From: Eubacteriales bacterium
GTDB lineage: Bacteria; Bacillota; Clostridia; Oscillospirales; CAG-272
Reading direction: 5' to 3'
Length of the DNA: 62,268 nt
Assembly: GCA_045617585.1 (NCBI GenBank)
Contig: JAZLIW010000184.1
Coordinates: 1 to 62,268 of the forward strand
Of the stretch, positions 44,255 to 54,315 are shown piece by piece. The notes under the pieces are model-generated. The model saw only the letters and a program-made list of their open reading frames with translations, was not told the DNA's origin and searched no databases. Made by a program: the position numbers and the translations under genes. The first letter of the stretch is position 1; each line of letters opens with the position of its first letter.

Positions 44255-46582
44255 ATGCGGCGGACTTTGACCCTGTTTCTTTGCTGCCTGACGCTTTTCA
44301 CCTTCGTTTTTTCCCTTCCCTTTACGGTATCCGCCTCCGGTAAAGAGGTCGGAACGCTGACCGCTTCCCTGTCCGGGGAAGGAGAAGAGATCACCGTCAC
44401 GGGAGAACTGCCGGACGGCGTTCTTTCGGGTATCACGGGAGACATGCTTTCCCTTTACGCCCTCTATCCCTTTGAGACGCCCGCAGACGCGGAGCCCCTC
44501 GCTTCCCTGCCCTTCGGACAGCAGATCAGCGCCGTGATCCCCTGCGGGGAGAGCCGTGCGGATCTGATATTCCGCGCCTTCGTCCTCGTCGGAACAGACG
44601 AGGAGGGAAACGCGGCGGAGCTGACCCCGCGCGTCTGTCTGCGGAATCCGGAGGCAGCGGGCGTTCCCTCCGGCGCACCCGTTCCCGCATCCAAGAAGGG
44701 GCTGAACGCGACCGCAGCCTTTGACGCGGCGCGGCTCGGCGTCTCTCACACCGTTCTCTCCGTCAAGCTCAACGAGCTGCTCGCGACCGCGAACATCCGC
44801 AATACGGTCAGCTATTCCCACGCCGGGAAGACCTATACGGTCAACGGCAACTATCTCGAATGGCTCGATCAGGAGATCCGCGTCATGACCGGCAACGGCA
44901 TCCGTGTCTATCTGCGCCTCATCATGGAGGCACCCGAGAAGGACGATACGGTCTCCCGTTCCCTTCTCTTCCCGGGCGTCACGGGAGACGAGGCGGCAGC
45001 CTTCGGCCTCTGCCCCGGCGACGCGGAGAGTGCCGATCTTCTTTCCGGTCTCGTCCGCTTCCTTGCGCGGCGCTATTCCGGTGCAAACGGCACGGGAGGC
45101 GCGGTCGCCGACTATCTTCTCGGCTACGAGGTCAACTCCAACCGCTTCTCCAATTACTGCGGCCCCGCGGAACCGGAGGACTACGCGGAAAACTACGCGT
45201 TCCTGCTCCGCCTCGTACGCACGGCGGTGCGCTCCGCGGTCTCGGACGGCACGGTCTTCGTTCCCCTCGGCGGGAACTGGGCGGAGCCGGGTACCGAGCC
45301 GCTTCTCCCCGCGGACCCGAAGCTCGACTACGCCGCGAGGGACTTCCTGAAGGCGCTCGCCTCCTGCTGCGGCGACGGTCTTTCCTTCCGGATCGCGGTC
45401 GACGTATTCCCCTCGGATCTGACGCGTGCGGACGTATGGAACGACGCGCGTGCGCTCGATACCGACGATACGCCGATCCTCTCTGTCGGGAATATCGGCG
45501 TCCTCCTCGACGCCGCGGACCGCCTCCCCTGCGTGGAGCAGGGCGTACTGATCAGCGATTTTGCCGTCAGCGGCGAGATCGGGACGGAAAGCGAAGCAAT
45601 GCAGGCGTCGGCGTTCCTCTACGCGTACGGGAAAGCGGTCCCGGACAGCCGGATCACGGCGCTGCTCTGGCATCGGCAGGTCGATCACGCCGGGGAAAAG
45701 GATCTGTATTTCGGTCTCTGGTCCTCCTCCGCAACGAAGCTCGCCTCGCCCGCAGCAAAAAAGCTCTTATGGTCGGTCTTCCGCGACGTCGATCTTGACG
45801 GCGGGACCGATCTCACGCCCTACCTTTCGGTCCTTCCCGAGGACGCCCTGCGGGAATTCCCGGTCCTGCGCCGCGTGGCGGAGGAGGTCCCGGTCACCGC
45901 GGAAAAAAGTGCCGGACGCGTCCGGACGCTGTACGACTGCACGGACGGGAACTGCTACGGCTTTTACCCCGCGGAGAGCGCGAGCCTCGTCCGCGCGGCG
46001 GACGACGCGATGGAGGCCGTCTTCTTCCCTGCCGGGGACTATTCCTGCGTCTGCGACCCGACGCTGACGAAAAACCTGCTCGGCAGCGCGGACCTGCTGA
46101 CGGTCACGCTGGAGGCACTGCTTCCGGACGGCGCTTCGGCAGCGGATTTCATCCTTCTCCTGACCGGCAAGGACGCAGACGGGCATCCCGTGACGCTGGA
46201 ATGCGCCGCGCAGCTCCCCTCCGGAACCGAAAAGACGCTTTCCTTCCGCGTTTCGGAGTTCCTTGCCGCCGCGGATGAGGTGAACGGCATCCGGCTGGGT
46301 CTGCGTCTTCCCGAAGCGGACCTTCAGGGAAGCGGCGAATCGAAGGAGCCGCTGACGCTGCGTCTGATCCGGATCGATCTGTCGGAGGGAAAGCAGCACG
46401 GGACAGCGGACACGGTGATCCGCGTCCTGATCGTTCTCGCCGTGATGACGGGCGTCGGCGTCGTGATCTTCCTGATCCTCGCCCTGCTGCGCCGCAGACA
46501 CATCCGCAATAAGATGATACAGCACCGGACCGCGCGCCGCACAGTCGCGCCCGCATCGAAAAACGAAATCAACAAGGAATAG
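44255..46582 (+). CDS. Large (775 aa) secreted protein with a C-terminal TM anchor and a central glycoside-hydrolase-like region (family uncertain)
   Basis: Signal peptide MRRTLTLFLCCLTLFTFVFSLPFTVSASG, C-terminal TM VLIVLAVMTGVGVVIFLILALL followed by RRRHIRNK. The antisense 555-aa ORF is a GC shadow. Confidence 0.7.
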   Translation: MRRTLTLFLCCLTLFTFVFSLPFTVSASGKEVGTLTASLSGEGEEITVTGELPDGVLSGITGDMLSLYALYPFETPADAEPLASLPFGQQISAVIPCGESRADLIFRAFVLVGTDEEGNAAELTPRVCLRNPEAAGVPSGAPVPASKKGLNATAAFDAARLGVSHTVLSVKLNELLATANIRNTVSYSHAGKTYTVNGNYLEWLDQEIRVMTGNGIRVYLRLIMEAPEKDDTVSRSLLFPGVTGDEAAAFGLCPGDAESADLLSGLVRFLARRYSGANGTGGAVADYLLGYEVNSNRFSNYCGPAEPEDYAENYAFLLRLVRTAVRSAVSDGTVFVPLGGNWAEPGTEPLLPADPKLDYAARDFLKALASCCGDGLSFRIAVDVFPSDLTRADVWNDARALDTDDTPILSVGNIGVLLDAADRLPCVEQGVLISDFAVSGEIGTESEAMQASAFLYAYGKAVPDSRITALLWHRQVDHAGEKDLYFGLWSSSATKLASPAAKKLLWSVFRDVDLDGGTDLTPYLSVLPEDALREFPVLRRVAEEVPVTAEKSAGRVRTLYDCTDGNCYGFYPAESASLVRAADDAMEAVFFPAGDYSCVCDPTLTKNLLGSADLLTVTLEALLPDGASAADFILLLTGKDADGHPVTLECAAQLPSGTEKTLSFRVSEFLAAADEVNGIRLGLRLPEADLQGSGESKEPLTLRLIRIDLSEGKQHGTADTVIRVLIVLAVMTGVGVVIFLILALLRRRHIRNKMIQHRTARRTVAPASKNEINKE

Positions 46583-46598
46583 ACCAACGAAAGAAAAA

Positions 46599-46636
46599 GG
46601 GGTTGCTGCACCAACGTGCAACAGCCCCGACTTTTT
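46599..46636. terminator. Bidirectional terminator between the 775-aa gene and proC
   Basis: ggggttgctgcac caac gtgcaacagcccc, flanked by an A-run (upstream) and TTTTT (downstream). Confidence 0.8.
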
Positions 46637-46656
46637 CGTTTCGGGAGACACCCGAA

Positions 46657-47466
46657 TTACTGCTTACCGAGCTCCGCGGTCTTTTCGTACGCCGCGATGA
46701 CCGCGTTCATAAACGCCGCCCGCACCGCGCCGTCTTCCAGCGCCCGCACGCCGGCGATCGTTGAGCCGCCGGGAGAGCAGACGTCGTCCTTGAGCGCACC
46801 GGGATGCTTCCCGGTCTCCAGCATCAGGGACGCCGTGCCGCGCAGCGTCTCCGCGGCAGCGGAAAGCGCCAGATTTCTCGGCAGACCGCAGGCGACCGCA
46901 CCGTCCGCGAGCGCCTCCATCACGAGGCAGACGAACGCGGGACCGCAGCCGGAAAGCGCGGAGCCGGCGTCGATCTTCTCCTCGGGAAGGGAGATCACCC
47001 GTCCCGCGCCCGAGAGCAGATCGGTCAGTGCCCCGTTCTCATCCTCCGTCAGCCCGTCCGCGGTGTACAGGATCACGCCCTGCCCGACCGCCGCGGGCGT
47101 GTTCGGCATGATCCGCGCGACGGGATAGTCTCCGCCCACCATTTCGCGGATCGTCGCGACCGTCAGCCCTGCCGCCATCGTCACGAGGACGAAGCGGTCC
47201 TGCCTCGCGGCAAGCGTTTCCCGCAGGGAAAGGAGCAGTTCCCGCATTCCCTGCGGCTTGACGCCGAGGAAGAGGAATCCGCTGCGCTCCGCCGCCGTGC
47301 GGTTATCTGCCGCCTTCGCGCCGAGCTCCGCGGCAAGGGCCTCCGCCTTTGCAGCCGTCCGGTTGGCAAGCAAAAGCCTCTCTCCGCCCGCCTTCGCCGC
47401 TGCCGCGCGCGCAAGCGCGCCGCCCATGTTCCCGGTCCCGATAAAACCGATCGTAACGTCTTTCAT
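46657..47466 (-). CDS. proC: Pyrroline-5-carboxylate reductase
   Basis: IGFIGTGNMGGALA...RIMPNTPAAVGQG...SPGGSTIAG. Confidence 0.9.
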   Translation of the reverse strand: MKDVTIGFIGTGNMGGALARAAAAKAGGERLLLANRTAAKAEALAAELGAKAADNRTAAERSGFLFLGVKPQGMRELLLSLRETLAARQDRFVLVTMAAGLTVATIREMVGGDYPVARIMPNTPAAVGQGVILYTADGLTEDENGALTDLLSGAGRVISLPEEKIDAGSALSGCGPAFVCLVMEALADGAVACGLPRNLALSAAAETLRGTASLMLETGKHPGALKDDVCSPGGSTIAGVRALEDGAVRAAFMNAVIAAYEKTAELGKQ

Positions 47467-47512
47467 GATCCGTTCCTTTCCGCGGTATTCACACCGCGCC
47501 GTTTTCTTTTTT

Positions 47513-48769
47513 TCAGCGGATCTGACCGCTGCCCGTGATCACGTACCGATAGGTCGTCAGCTCGTTCAGTCCCATCGGACCTCTCGCGTGGAGCTTCTGC
47601 GTGGAGATGCCCATCTCGCAGCCGTGCCCGAATTCACCGCCGTCGGTAAAGCGGGTCGAGGCGTTGACGTAGACCGCCGCACTGTCCACCGCTGCGGTGA
47701 AATACGCGGCGTTCTCATCGCTGCGCGTCAGGATCGCCTCGCTGTGATGCGTGGAATGCTGCGCGATGTGCTCTGCCGCCGCCTTCACGTCGGGGACCAC
47801 CCGCACCGCGAGGATATAGTCGAGGAATTCGGTATCGAACCCGTTTTCTCCCGCCGGCTCCCCCGGAAGGAAGCGCGCGGCGGCAGGATCCGGACGAAAC
47901 CGGACCACGGGCTTCCCAGCGGCGATTTTTTCGTCCGTCAGGCGCGTTTTCAGCAGGGGCAGGAAAGAGGGCGCGACCTTTTCATGGACCAGCAAGACCT
48001 CGCAGGCGTTGCACACAGAGGGGCGGCTGGTCTTGGCGTTGTCGACGATATCGAGCGCCATCGTGAGATCCGCGCTCTCATCCACGAAAATATGGCAGAT
48101 GCCCTGCCCCGTCTGGATGCAGGGGACGGTCGCGTTCTCCACGCAGGCGCGGATCAGGGACGCACCGCCGCGTGGGATCAGCAGATCCACGTAACCGTTC
48201 GCGTGCATCAGTTCGTTCGCGCTTTCCCTCGTCGTGTCCTCAACGAGCCCGATCAGATCCTCGTCGAGCCCGGCACGGGCAAGCCCCTCCTTCAGCGCCG
48301 CCACGATCGCGCGCGCCGAGCGGAATGCCTCCTTCCCGCCGCGCAGGACGCAGACGTTGCCGCTTTTGAGCGCGAGTGCCGCGGCGTCCGAGGTCACGTT
48401 CGGGCGGCTCTCGTAAATGATCGCGATCACGCCGATCGGGACCGCGCGTTTTTCGATCACAAGCCCGTTCGGACGCACGGTACGGTCCAGCACCCTGCCG
48501 ACGGGATCGGGCAGATCGCGCACCTGCAGGATCCCCTCCGCCATGCCCCGCACACGTCCTTCGTTCAGCGCGAGGCGGTCGAGCATGACCGGAGAGATCC
48601 GGTCCTTCGCCGCTTCCATATCCTCCCGGTTCGCCGCGAGGATGAGGTCCGTATGTGCCGTCAGCGCCTCCGCCATTCCGGTCAGCGCCTCGTTCTTCTT
48701 TTCGGAGGTCAGGGAAAAGATCCCCGCCTTTGCCTTTTTCGCTCTTTCGAGCAGCTCCGCCGTCGTCAC
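47513..48769 (-). CDS. proA: Gamma-glutamyl phosphate reductase
   Basis: [12 protein letters not shown]...LRGGKEA...[10 protein letters not shown]...[13 protein letters not shown]. Confidence 0.95.
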   Translation of the reverse strand: MTTAELLERAKKAKAGIFSLTSEKKNEALTGMAEALTAHTDLILAANREDMEAAKDRISPVMLDRLALNEGRVRGMAEGILQVRDLPDPVGRVLDRTVRPNGLVIEKRAVPIGVIAIIYESRPNVTSDAAALALKSGNVCVLRGGKEAFRSARAIVAALKEGLARAGLDEDLIGLVEDTTRESANELMHANGYVDLLIPRGGASLIRACVENATVPCIQTGQGICHIFVDESADLTMALDIVDNAKTSRPSVCNACEVLLVHEKVAPSFLPLLKTRLTDEKIAAGKPVVRFRPDPAAARFLPGEPAGENGFDTEFLDYILAVRVVPDVKAAAEHIAQHSTHHSEAILTRSDENAAYFTAAVDSAAVYVNASTRFTDGGEFGHGCEMGISTQKLHARGPMGLNELTTYRYVITGSGQIR

Positions 48770-48794
48770 GTTCCTTCCGCCTTTCCTTTTCCGT

Positions 48795-49580
48795 TCAGCC
48801 GTTTTCCGTCTGTTTCGCGGTTCCGAGAAACCGGGTCCCGATCCGCTTCCCCTCCACGATATCGTAGAGCAGAGCAGGCTCCGAGCCGTCCGCGATGATC
48901 ATATCGATCCCCTGCGCGGTCACGATCTGCGCCGCGCGCAGCTTGGTGCGCATCCCGCCCGTTCCGAGTGCCGAGCCGACACCCTCTCCGAGCGAGAGGA
49001 TCCGGTCGTCGATCCGCTCCACGATCTCGATCCGCTTCGCGTCCGGATCCCGGTGGGGATCTGCGGTGTAAAGCCCGTCGATATCGGAGAGCAGAACGAG
49101 AAGGTCGGCGTCCGTGCTGACGGCGACGATCGCGCCGAGCGTGTCGTTATCACCGATCCCGAGTTCTTCGGTCGCCACCGTGTCGTTCTCGTTGATGATC
49201 GGGAGCGCGCCGAGTTCGAGGAGGCGGAAGATCGTGTTGCGGAAGTTCGTGTGACGGGTCTCGTCCTCCACGTCCGCCGCGGTCAGCAGGATCTGCGCCA
49301 CGGTATGGTGATAGACCGAAAACAGCCGGTCGTAGGTATCCATCAGCTCGCACTGACCGACGGCGGCAGCAGCCTGCTTCCCCGGGATATCGGTCGGACG
49401 GGATTTGAGCCCGAGCTTGCCGACTCCCATGCCGATCGCGCCGGAGGAGATCAGGATGATCTCGTGCCCCGCGTTCTTCAGGTCGCTGATGATGCGGCAG
49501 AGGTTTTCCACCTGCCTGATATTGAGCTGACCCGTTTTGTGCGTCAGCGTTGAAGTACCGATCTTGATCGCAATTCGCAT
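48795..49580 (-). CDS. proB: Glutamate 5-kinase (short form without PUA domain)
   Basis: [11 protein letters not shown]...LISSGAIG...[13 protein letters not shown]...GDNDTLGA...[12 protein letters not shown]. 261 aa. Confidence 0.9.
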   Translation of the reverse strand: MRIAIKIGTSTLTHKTGQLNIRQVENLCRIISDLKNAGHEIILISSGAIGMGVGKLGLKSRPTDIPGKQAAAAVGQCELMDTYDRLFSVYHHTVAQILLTAADVEDETRHTNFRNTIFRLLELGALPIINENDTVATEELGIGDNDTLGAIVAVSTDADLLVLLSDIDGLYTADPHRDPDAKRIEIVERIDDRILSLGEGVGSALGTGGMRTKLRAAQIVTAQGIDMIIADGSEPALLYDIVEGKRIGTRFLGTAKQTENG

Positions 49581-49714
49581 CGTCTTGTTTCCGTCCGCGA
49601 TCCCGTTCCCGTGCGTTCACGGTCTTTACGGACGTCCTTTCCTTTCGGGAATGCCGCTCGGGGCCGCTCCGTTTCCGGCACGACCCCGACGGTTATTTCA
49701 GTCTGATCCCGGTC

Positions 49715-50395
49715 TCAGTTACCGGAGGGGAAGAAGGAACGGAGGCTGCCCGCGACCGCGCTGATCGGCATGGTCTGGAGCAGGATCTTCCCCGGGCCGC
49801 GCACCACGGTGTTGAACAGTCCCTCGCCGCCGAACAGAGCGTTCTTGACGCCGGGAACACTGACGATATCCATCGTGCAGGACGCGCTCATCGCCGCGAG
49901 ATAGCCGGTATCGACGATCATGGATTCACCGGCGTTCAGGACGTACTCCACGGCGTAGCCGTCGATCTCGATGAACGCCGTCCCCTGACCGGACAGCTTC
50001 TGCATGATAAAGCCCTCACCGCCGAACAGACCCGCGCCGAATTTCTTTTTGAAGTGAACGGAAAGCGTCACGCCGGTCTCCGACGCGAGAAAACCGCTCT
50101 TCTGAACGATCAGCTCGTTCCCGGGCGAGATTTCGTACGCACGGATCGAACCTGGGAACGAGGACGCGAAAGCGATCTGACCGATGCCGTTCTGTGCGGT
50201 ATAACGGTTCTGGAACATATTTTCCCCGGAGAACATCCGCCCGAACGCCTTTCCGAGTCCGCCGTTCGTCGTCGTTTCCATCTTCATGTTGGGGGACATC
50301 CACGCCATTGCTCCGGATTCGGTGATCATTGCCTCTCCGGGCTCGAGGTCACAGATCACGACGGGAAGTGGTTCGCCTTTGATTGAATATTTCAT
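49715..50395 (-). CDS. TIGR00266/AIM24 (DUF124) family protein
   Basis: MKYSIKGEPLPVVICDLEPGEAMITESGAMAWMSPNMKMET...LFGGEG repeats. Confidence 0.8.
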   Translation of the reverse strand: MKYSIKGEPLPVVICDLEPGEAMITESGAMAWMSPNMKMETTTNGGLGKAFGRMFSGENMFQNRYTAQNGIGQIAFASSFPGSIRAYEISPGNELIVQKSGFLASETGVTLSVHFKKKFGAGLFGGEGFIMQKLSGQGTAFIEIDGYAVEYVLNAGESMIVDTGYLAAMSASCTMDIVSVPGVKNALFGGEGLFNTVVRGPGKILLQTMPISAVAGSLRSFFPSGN

Positions 50396-50406
50396 AGTTG
50401 TCTCCT

Positions 50407-52575
50407 TTATTCTCCGATCGGAGTATTTTTCGCATTTTCAAGGATTTCTTCGTACGCCGCCGTATTGCGGGCAAGCAGATACTCGAGGGAGGGGTCCTCC
50501 GGCTCTTCTTCACCGAGCGTCTCCCAGATCCCGGTAAAGCGCTCCCCGTAGACCTCGCGCCATTCCTCGGGATCGAAGAACTGTTCTTCCTCCATGGTGT
50601 AGACGGGTCCGTCCTCGCCGTATTCAAAGGTCCCGGTCACGACATCCGCAAGACCGGCGTCGTTCGCGAAACACAGGAAGAGGAGCGGATCGGAAGAGAG
50701 AGAGAGGTAACGGCGCTCCGCGCGGAAGCGGAGGACGTTCTCCCCGTCAAGCGCGAAGGTGAGGATCAGGTCGGCAAAGTTCTCCGCGTCCGGTTCCTCC
50801 GTATCTTCCTCAAATTGCAGGACCCCGTCCGGCGTGATCAGCCGCAGGGGGTGCGCTCCGTCCACGGTGTCGAACAGCACCGTGCCGGAAACGGGGCACA
50901 GACGCACGGCGGCGTCGAGGTCGATCCTCTCACCCGAGAGCGCCAGGGACGTGCCCAGCGCCTCGATCGTGGAAATGCGGACCGTCGCGCCGTTCGAGGA
51001 TACGAAGACCGTCGCAAAGGGGAAGGTGAGAAGCCCGGTACATTTCTTTTCCTCGTAGGCCGAGAGGATCTTTTCCGCCGTCTCCGGGTCGTCCCCGGTC
51101 AGCGGAGCGGAGCAGAAAACGAAGGACGCTTCCTCGTTATAGAGCAGCGTTCCGTCTGCCGTAAAGAATTCATTTCCGGTGAACACGGTCCCGGCACCGA
51201 TGCCGGAAAACGCGCCCTGGCTGATCGAAGCGACCTTTTCCCCGAGGATCAGCTCGCTGATCTCCGCGGCGTTTTCCCCGGCAAACGCTTCCTTTTCGAT
51301 CTTTACGATAAAGTCGGGGACCGTGACCGTTCCGCCCTCGCCGAGATAGGCAAGGAGCCGGTCACCGGACACGGTGAAGTCGCCGAAGTCGACCTCGACC
51401 GGGTATTCGCCGTTCGTCACGAGGTATTCGAGATACGTCTCGCGGTTTTCCTCGGCTTTTTTCTTCAGCTTCGTATCTTCCTTCGGGAAGAGCTCGGCGG
51501 CAGTCAGGGTCTTCTGCGGTTTGCCGAGGACCAGTCCCTCCTCGGGATCGAAGGCAACGAGCCCTTCTTCTTTATAGAAGTCGTCCGCGCCGGTATAGTA
51601 GCGGTCGTCCTTCCCTTCCATGTACCGTCTTGCCGTCATCGCGTAGTTCAGTCTGCCGCCGGAATCGCGGAAGAAGGTCGGGACCCGCTCAAGGAAGTTG
51701 TCTGCCTTCAGGGAGGCGCCGGTGTGGTATTCGTAGACGGCGTCCTCGGTAAAGACGTAGATATCTCCCGCGCCGCCCGAGGAATAGAGGTAGGAATAGA
51801 CAAACCCGGTATCGTTCCAGTCGTCAAAGTCGAAGACCACCGTGTCGTAGCTCATCGAAGAGATATCGGGGAGCTCCACGTCGTGTCCGAACGAGGAGAT
51901 CGACTCTGCACAGAAGTCCCCCATCAGGAATTCCCCGCGGACCACACCGCGGCGGAACACGATCTCAGAGGGCAGCTCGTCGGTCGTTTTGCCGTGATAG
52001 TTGCGCAGGATCTTGGAATACGTATCCCGGTCAAAGACGGAGCCGTCGAAGAAGAAGAACTGCGTGCAGTCCTTTCTTCCGAACACACCTTCGTCAAAGA
52101 AATAGTTCGGGTTCTTGCCGGGATCGACCCGGTAGAGCAGATACAGATCGGAAAACGCTTCCTCGTCGATCTTGTTCACGTTCTTGCCGAGGCGAATGGA
52201 GAGGATCGAGCCGGAAACGCCGGAGGCAGCGAACACCCCGCCGGGGATCTCCGTGACCTCGTCGGGCAGGACCAGTTCCCCACCCTTTCCGAGATATTCC
52301 TTCAGGACGCCGTTCTCCACGACGTAATCCTTCGACGGGGCCTCCGTCTCCGGATCGGTCACGGCGTCGGTCTCGGGCGGGAGCGGCGGCTCTGTTTCCC
52401 GGACGGGATCGGTGTCTGCGGGATCGCTTTCCGCGGGCGGTCCTTCCGTCTCGGTCCGCGGGGGCTTCGTTTCCGGGAGCCCGGGATCGGTGATTTCCGC
52501 CCACCATTCACAGGAGGAGCAGAGAAGAAGAACGGCTGCAAGCAGCAGCACGGTCAGAATGCGCATGGTTTTCAT
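50407..52575 (-). CDS. 722-aa secreted (probably lipid-anchored) surface protein with two BspA-type leucine-rich-repeat modules
   Basis: MKTMRILTVLLLAAVLLLCSSC signal, a Pro/Glu/Thr-rich linker, and two modules of the form xxLxxYLGxGGxxxxPDxxxxIxxxAF. The antisense 780-aa ORF is a GC shadow. Confidence 0.7.
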   Translation of the reverse strand: MKTMRILTVLLLAAVLLLCSSCEWWAEITDPGLPETKPPRTETEGPPAESDPADTDPVRETEPPLPPETDAVTDPETEAPSKDYVVENGVLKEYLGKGGELVLPDEVTEIPGGVFAASGVSGSILSIRLGKNVNKIDEEAFSDLYLLYRVDPGKNPNYFFDEGVFGRKDCTQFFFFDGSVFDRDTYSKILRNYHGKTTDELPSEIVFRRGVVRGEFLMGDFCAESISSFGHDVELPDISSMSYDTVVFDFDDWNDTGFVYSYLYSSGGAGDIYVFTEDAVYEYHTGASLKADNFLERVPTFFRDSGGRLNYAMTARRYMEGKDDRYYTGADDFYKEEGLVAFDPEEGLVLGKPQKTLTAAELFPKEDTKLKKKAEENRETYLEYLVTNGEYPVEVDFGDFTVSGDRLLAYLGEGGTVTVPDFIVKIEKEAFAGENAAEISELILGEKVASISQGAFSGIGAGTVFTGNEFFTADGTLLYNEEASFVFCSAPLTGDDPETAEKILSAYEEKKCTGLLTFPFATVFVSSNGATVRISTIEALGTSLALSGERIDLDAAVRLCPVSGTVLFDTVDGAHPLRLITPDGVLQFEEDTEEPDAENFADLILTFALDGENVLRFRAERRYLSLSSDPLLFLCFANDAGLADVVTGTFEYGEDGPVYTMEEEQFFDPEEWREVYGERFTGIWETLGEEEPEDPSLEYLLARNTAAYEEILENAKNTPIGE

Positions 52576-52667
52576 CGGTTACCTGCTTTCGCCGGAGCGA
52601 AAGGTTCCTTTCTGAGTCGCAAAAAACTGTATCGGGCCATCGCGGGTGTTCCCGCGGTTCCCGTGGT

Positions 52668-52696
52668 ATCATACCATAGGAAAGGCGCTTTGTCAA
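52668..52696 (-). promoter_or_regulatory. Sigma-A type promoter for the LRR surface protein gene
   Basis: On the minus strand: TTGACA, 17 nt, TATGAT, preceded by TGG. About 90 nt of hairpin-containing leader follows. Confidence 0.55.
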
Positions 52697-52783
52697 GGGG
52701 AAGCGAGGCGAAACGGCGCGGACGGCTTCGGACAGCATGACAGAGACGCGCAGTCTCTTTTCACGCCGCCCGAAGCCGCGTCT

Positions 52784-54289
52784 TCAGCCGTTCGCCTGGG
52801 TTTCCCCGGTTCCCTGCTCGTTTTCCGCTCTGCGCTGCGCCTTGCCCTCGCGGGCGACCGGCAGCGTAAAGACGAATTCGCAGTATTCTCCCTGCACGCT
52901 CTTCACCCAGATCTCCTCTCCGTGCGCGTCGATGACGGTCTTCGCGATATAGAGACCGAGCCCGACGCCCGTCTTGTCCAGCCCTCTGCTCTTGTCGCTC
53001 TTGTAGAAGCGGTCGAACACGAAGGGCAGGTCTGCCTCCGGGATGCCGACACCCTCGTTATAGACCGAGGTGTAGACCTTTTTCTCCCGTTCCAGCAGAC
53101 GGATGCGGTATTTTCCTCCCTCTCTGGAGAACTTCACCGCGTTGTGACAGATATTGTAGAGGATCTGATAGATCGCGTCCCGGTCGGCGTAGACGTACAG
53201 ATTGTCCTCCTCACACTCGAATTCGACGTCGAGGTGCCTGTCCTCGATCGGTTTTTCAAAGGAGAAAAGGATCTGCCGCGCCATTTCGCAGATATCGAAC
53301 GACGACATATTGAACTTCCGTTCTCCCGCCTGGATCCGCGTGATGTCCAGCAAAGAGGCGATCAGTCTCGACAGACGGTGTACCTCGTCGGAGACCGTCT
53401 TCAGATAATGCTCCTGCTTGTCCGCCGGGATCGCGCCCGCGAGCATACTGTCGACGAAGCCCGCGATCGAGGTCATCGGCGTCCGCAGCTCGTGCGAGAC
53501 GTTGGCGATAAAGGAGCGGCGCATGACTTCGAGGCTCTCAAGATCGGTCGCCATGTTGTTGAACGCAGTGGCGAGCTCCGCGACCTCGTCCCGCCCGGTC
53601 ACCGGGATACGGACGTCAAAATTTCCCTGTGCGAAGTTCTTTGCCGCGAGGCTCATATCCTTCAGCGGGGAAATGATGCGCTCCGAGATGAAGTAGACCG
53701 CGATCAGCGCGGCGAGCAGGACCCAGAGGCACGCCATCAGCACGGTCTTGTTCATCGTGCGGATCAGCTCGTTCGTCCCCTCCGCGGAGGAGACCGCGAA
53801 AATATAGCCGAGCGTCGTGCCGTCGGAACCGATCGGCACCCCCGCGTAGATGCAGGGATCGGCAAGGAGCCCGCCCATCGTGCTTGCCGCCGTCGTCTGC
53901 TCCATCCCGAGCCCGTTCAGGATCTCGGAGGGGACGGACAGCGCGGAGAGTGTCCCGGACGTCGCGTCGTCCGATACGAGGATCACGCCCTTCACGTCCG
54001 TCAGGATCAGACCGAGATCCCCGGAATAGCGGGAAATGATCGACAGAGACCGGCGGACCGAGGTATTGTCGCGCATAACGACGGAGGCAAAGGTGTCCGC
54101 CGAGCTGCCGGGGTATTCCTTTTCCAGATAGAAGCGCACCGTGGAAGCGGCGTTGGAAACCGTGGCGCGCTTGCTGTCGGTCGAAAAATTGACGAGCAGG
54201 GATCCGACGATCGCAGCGAGGATGGTAAAGCTGACCACGATGATCAGCATGAACGCCGTGATGTATTTCGTAAACAGGCTGCGGAACAT
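52784..54289 (-). CDS. Sensor histidine kinase (two TM, HAMP, HisKA, HATPase_c)
   Basis: H-box FIANVSHELRTPMTSI, N-box NICHNAVKF, G-boxes GVGLGLYIA. Confidence 0.85.
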   Translation of the reverse strand: MFRSLFTKYITAFMLIIVVSFTILAAIVGSLLVNFSTDSKRATVSNAASTVRFYLEKEYPGSSADTFASVVMRDNTSVRRSLSIISRYSGDLGLILTDVKGVILVSDDATSGTLSALSVPSEILNGLGMEQTTAASTMGGLLADPCIYAGVPIGSDGTTLGYIFAVSSAEGTNELIRTMNKTVLMACLWVLLAALIAVYFISERIISPLKDMSLAAKNFAQGNFDVRIPVTGRDEVAELATAFNNMATDLESLEVMRRSFIANVSHELRTPMTSIAGFVDSMLAGAIPADKQEHYLKTVSDEVHRLSRLIASLLDITRIQAGERKFNMSSFDICEMARQILFSFEKPIEDRHLDVEFECEEDNLYVYADRDAIYQILYNICHNAVKFSREGGKYRIRLLEREKKVYTSVYNEGVGIPEADLPFVFDRFYKSDKSRGLDKTGVGLGLYIAKTVIDAHGEEIWVKSVQGEYCEFVFTLPVAREGKAQRRAENEQGTGETQANG

Positions 54290-54315
54290 GGTTTATTCCC
54301 CGTTTCCGGAGCCGT

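Noticed and set aside
49581-49714. T-box or leader-peptide attenuator upstream of proB.
   Set aside because: Only 134 nt are available, and I could find no T-box sequence (AANNNGGTGGNACCGCG-like) or Pro-codon-rich mini-ORF. There are only local GC hairpins (e.g. cgtccg...cggacg, ccgtg-aac-gcacgg) of unclear meaning.
50398-52740. 780-aa plus-strand ORF covering the whole LRR surface protein gene.
   Set aside because: It has low-complexity Arg/Gly/Glu/Val-rich sequence and no signal, motifs or SD. The minus-strand frame has a signal peptide, LRR modules, an SD and a promoter.
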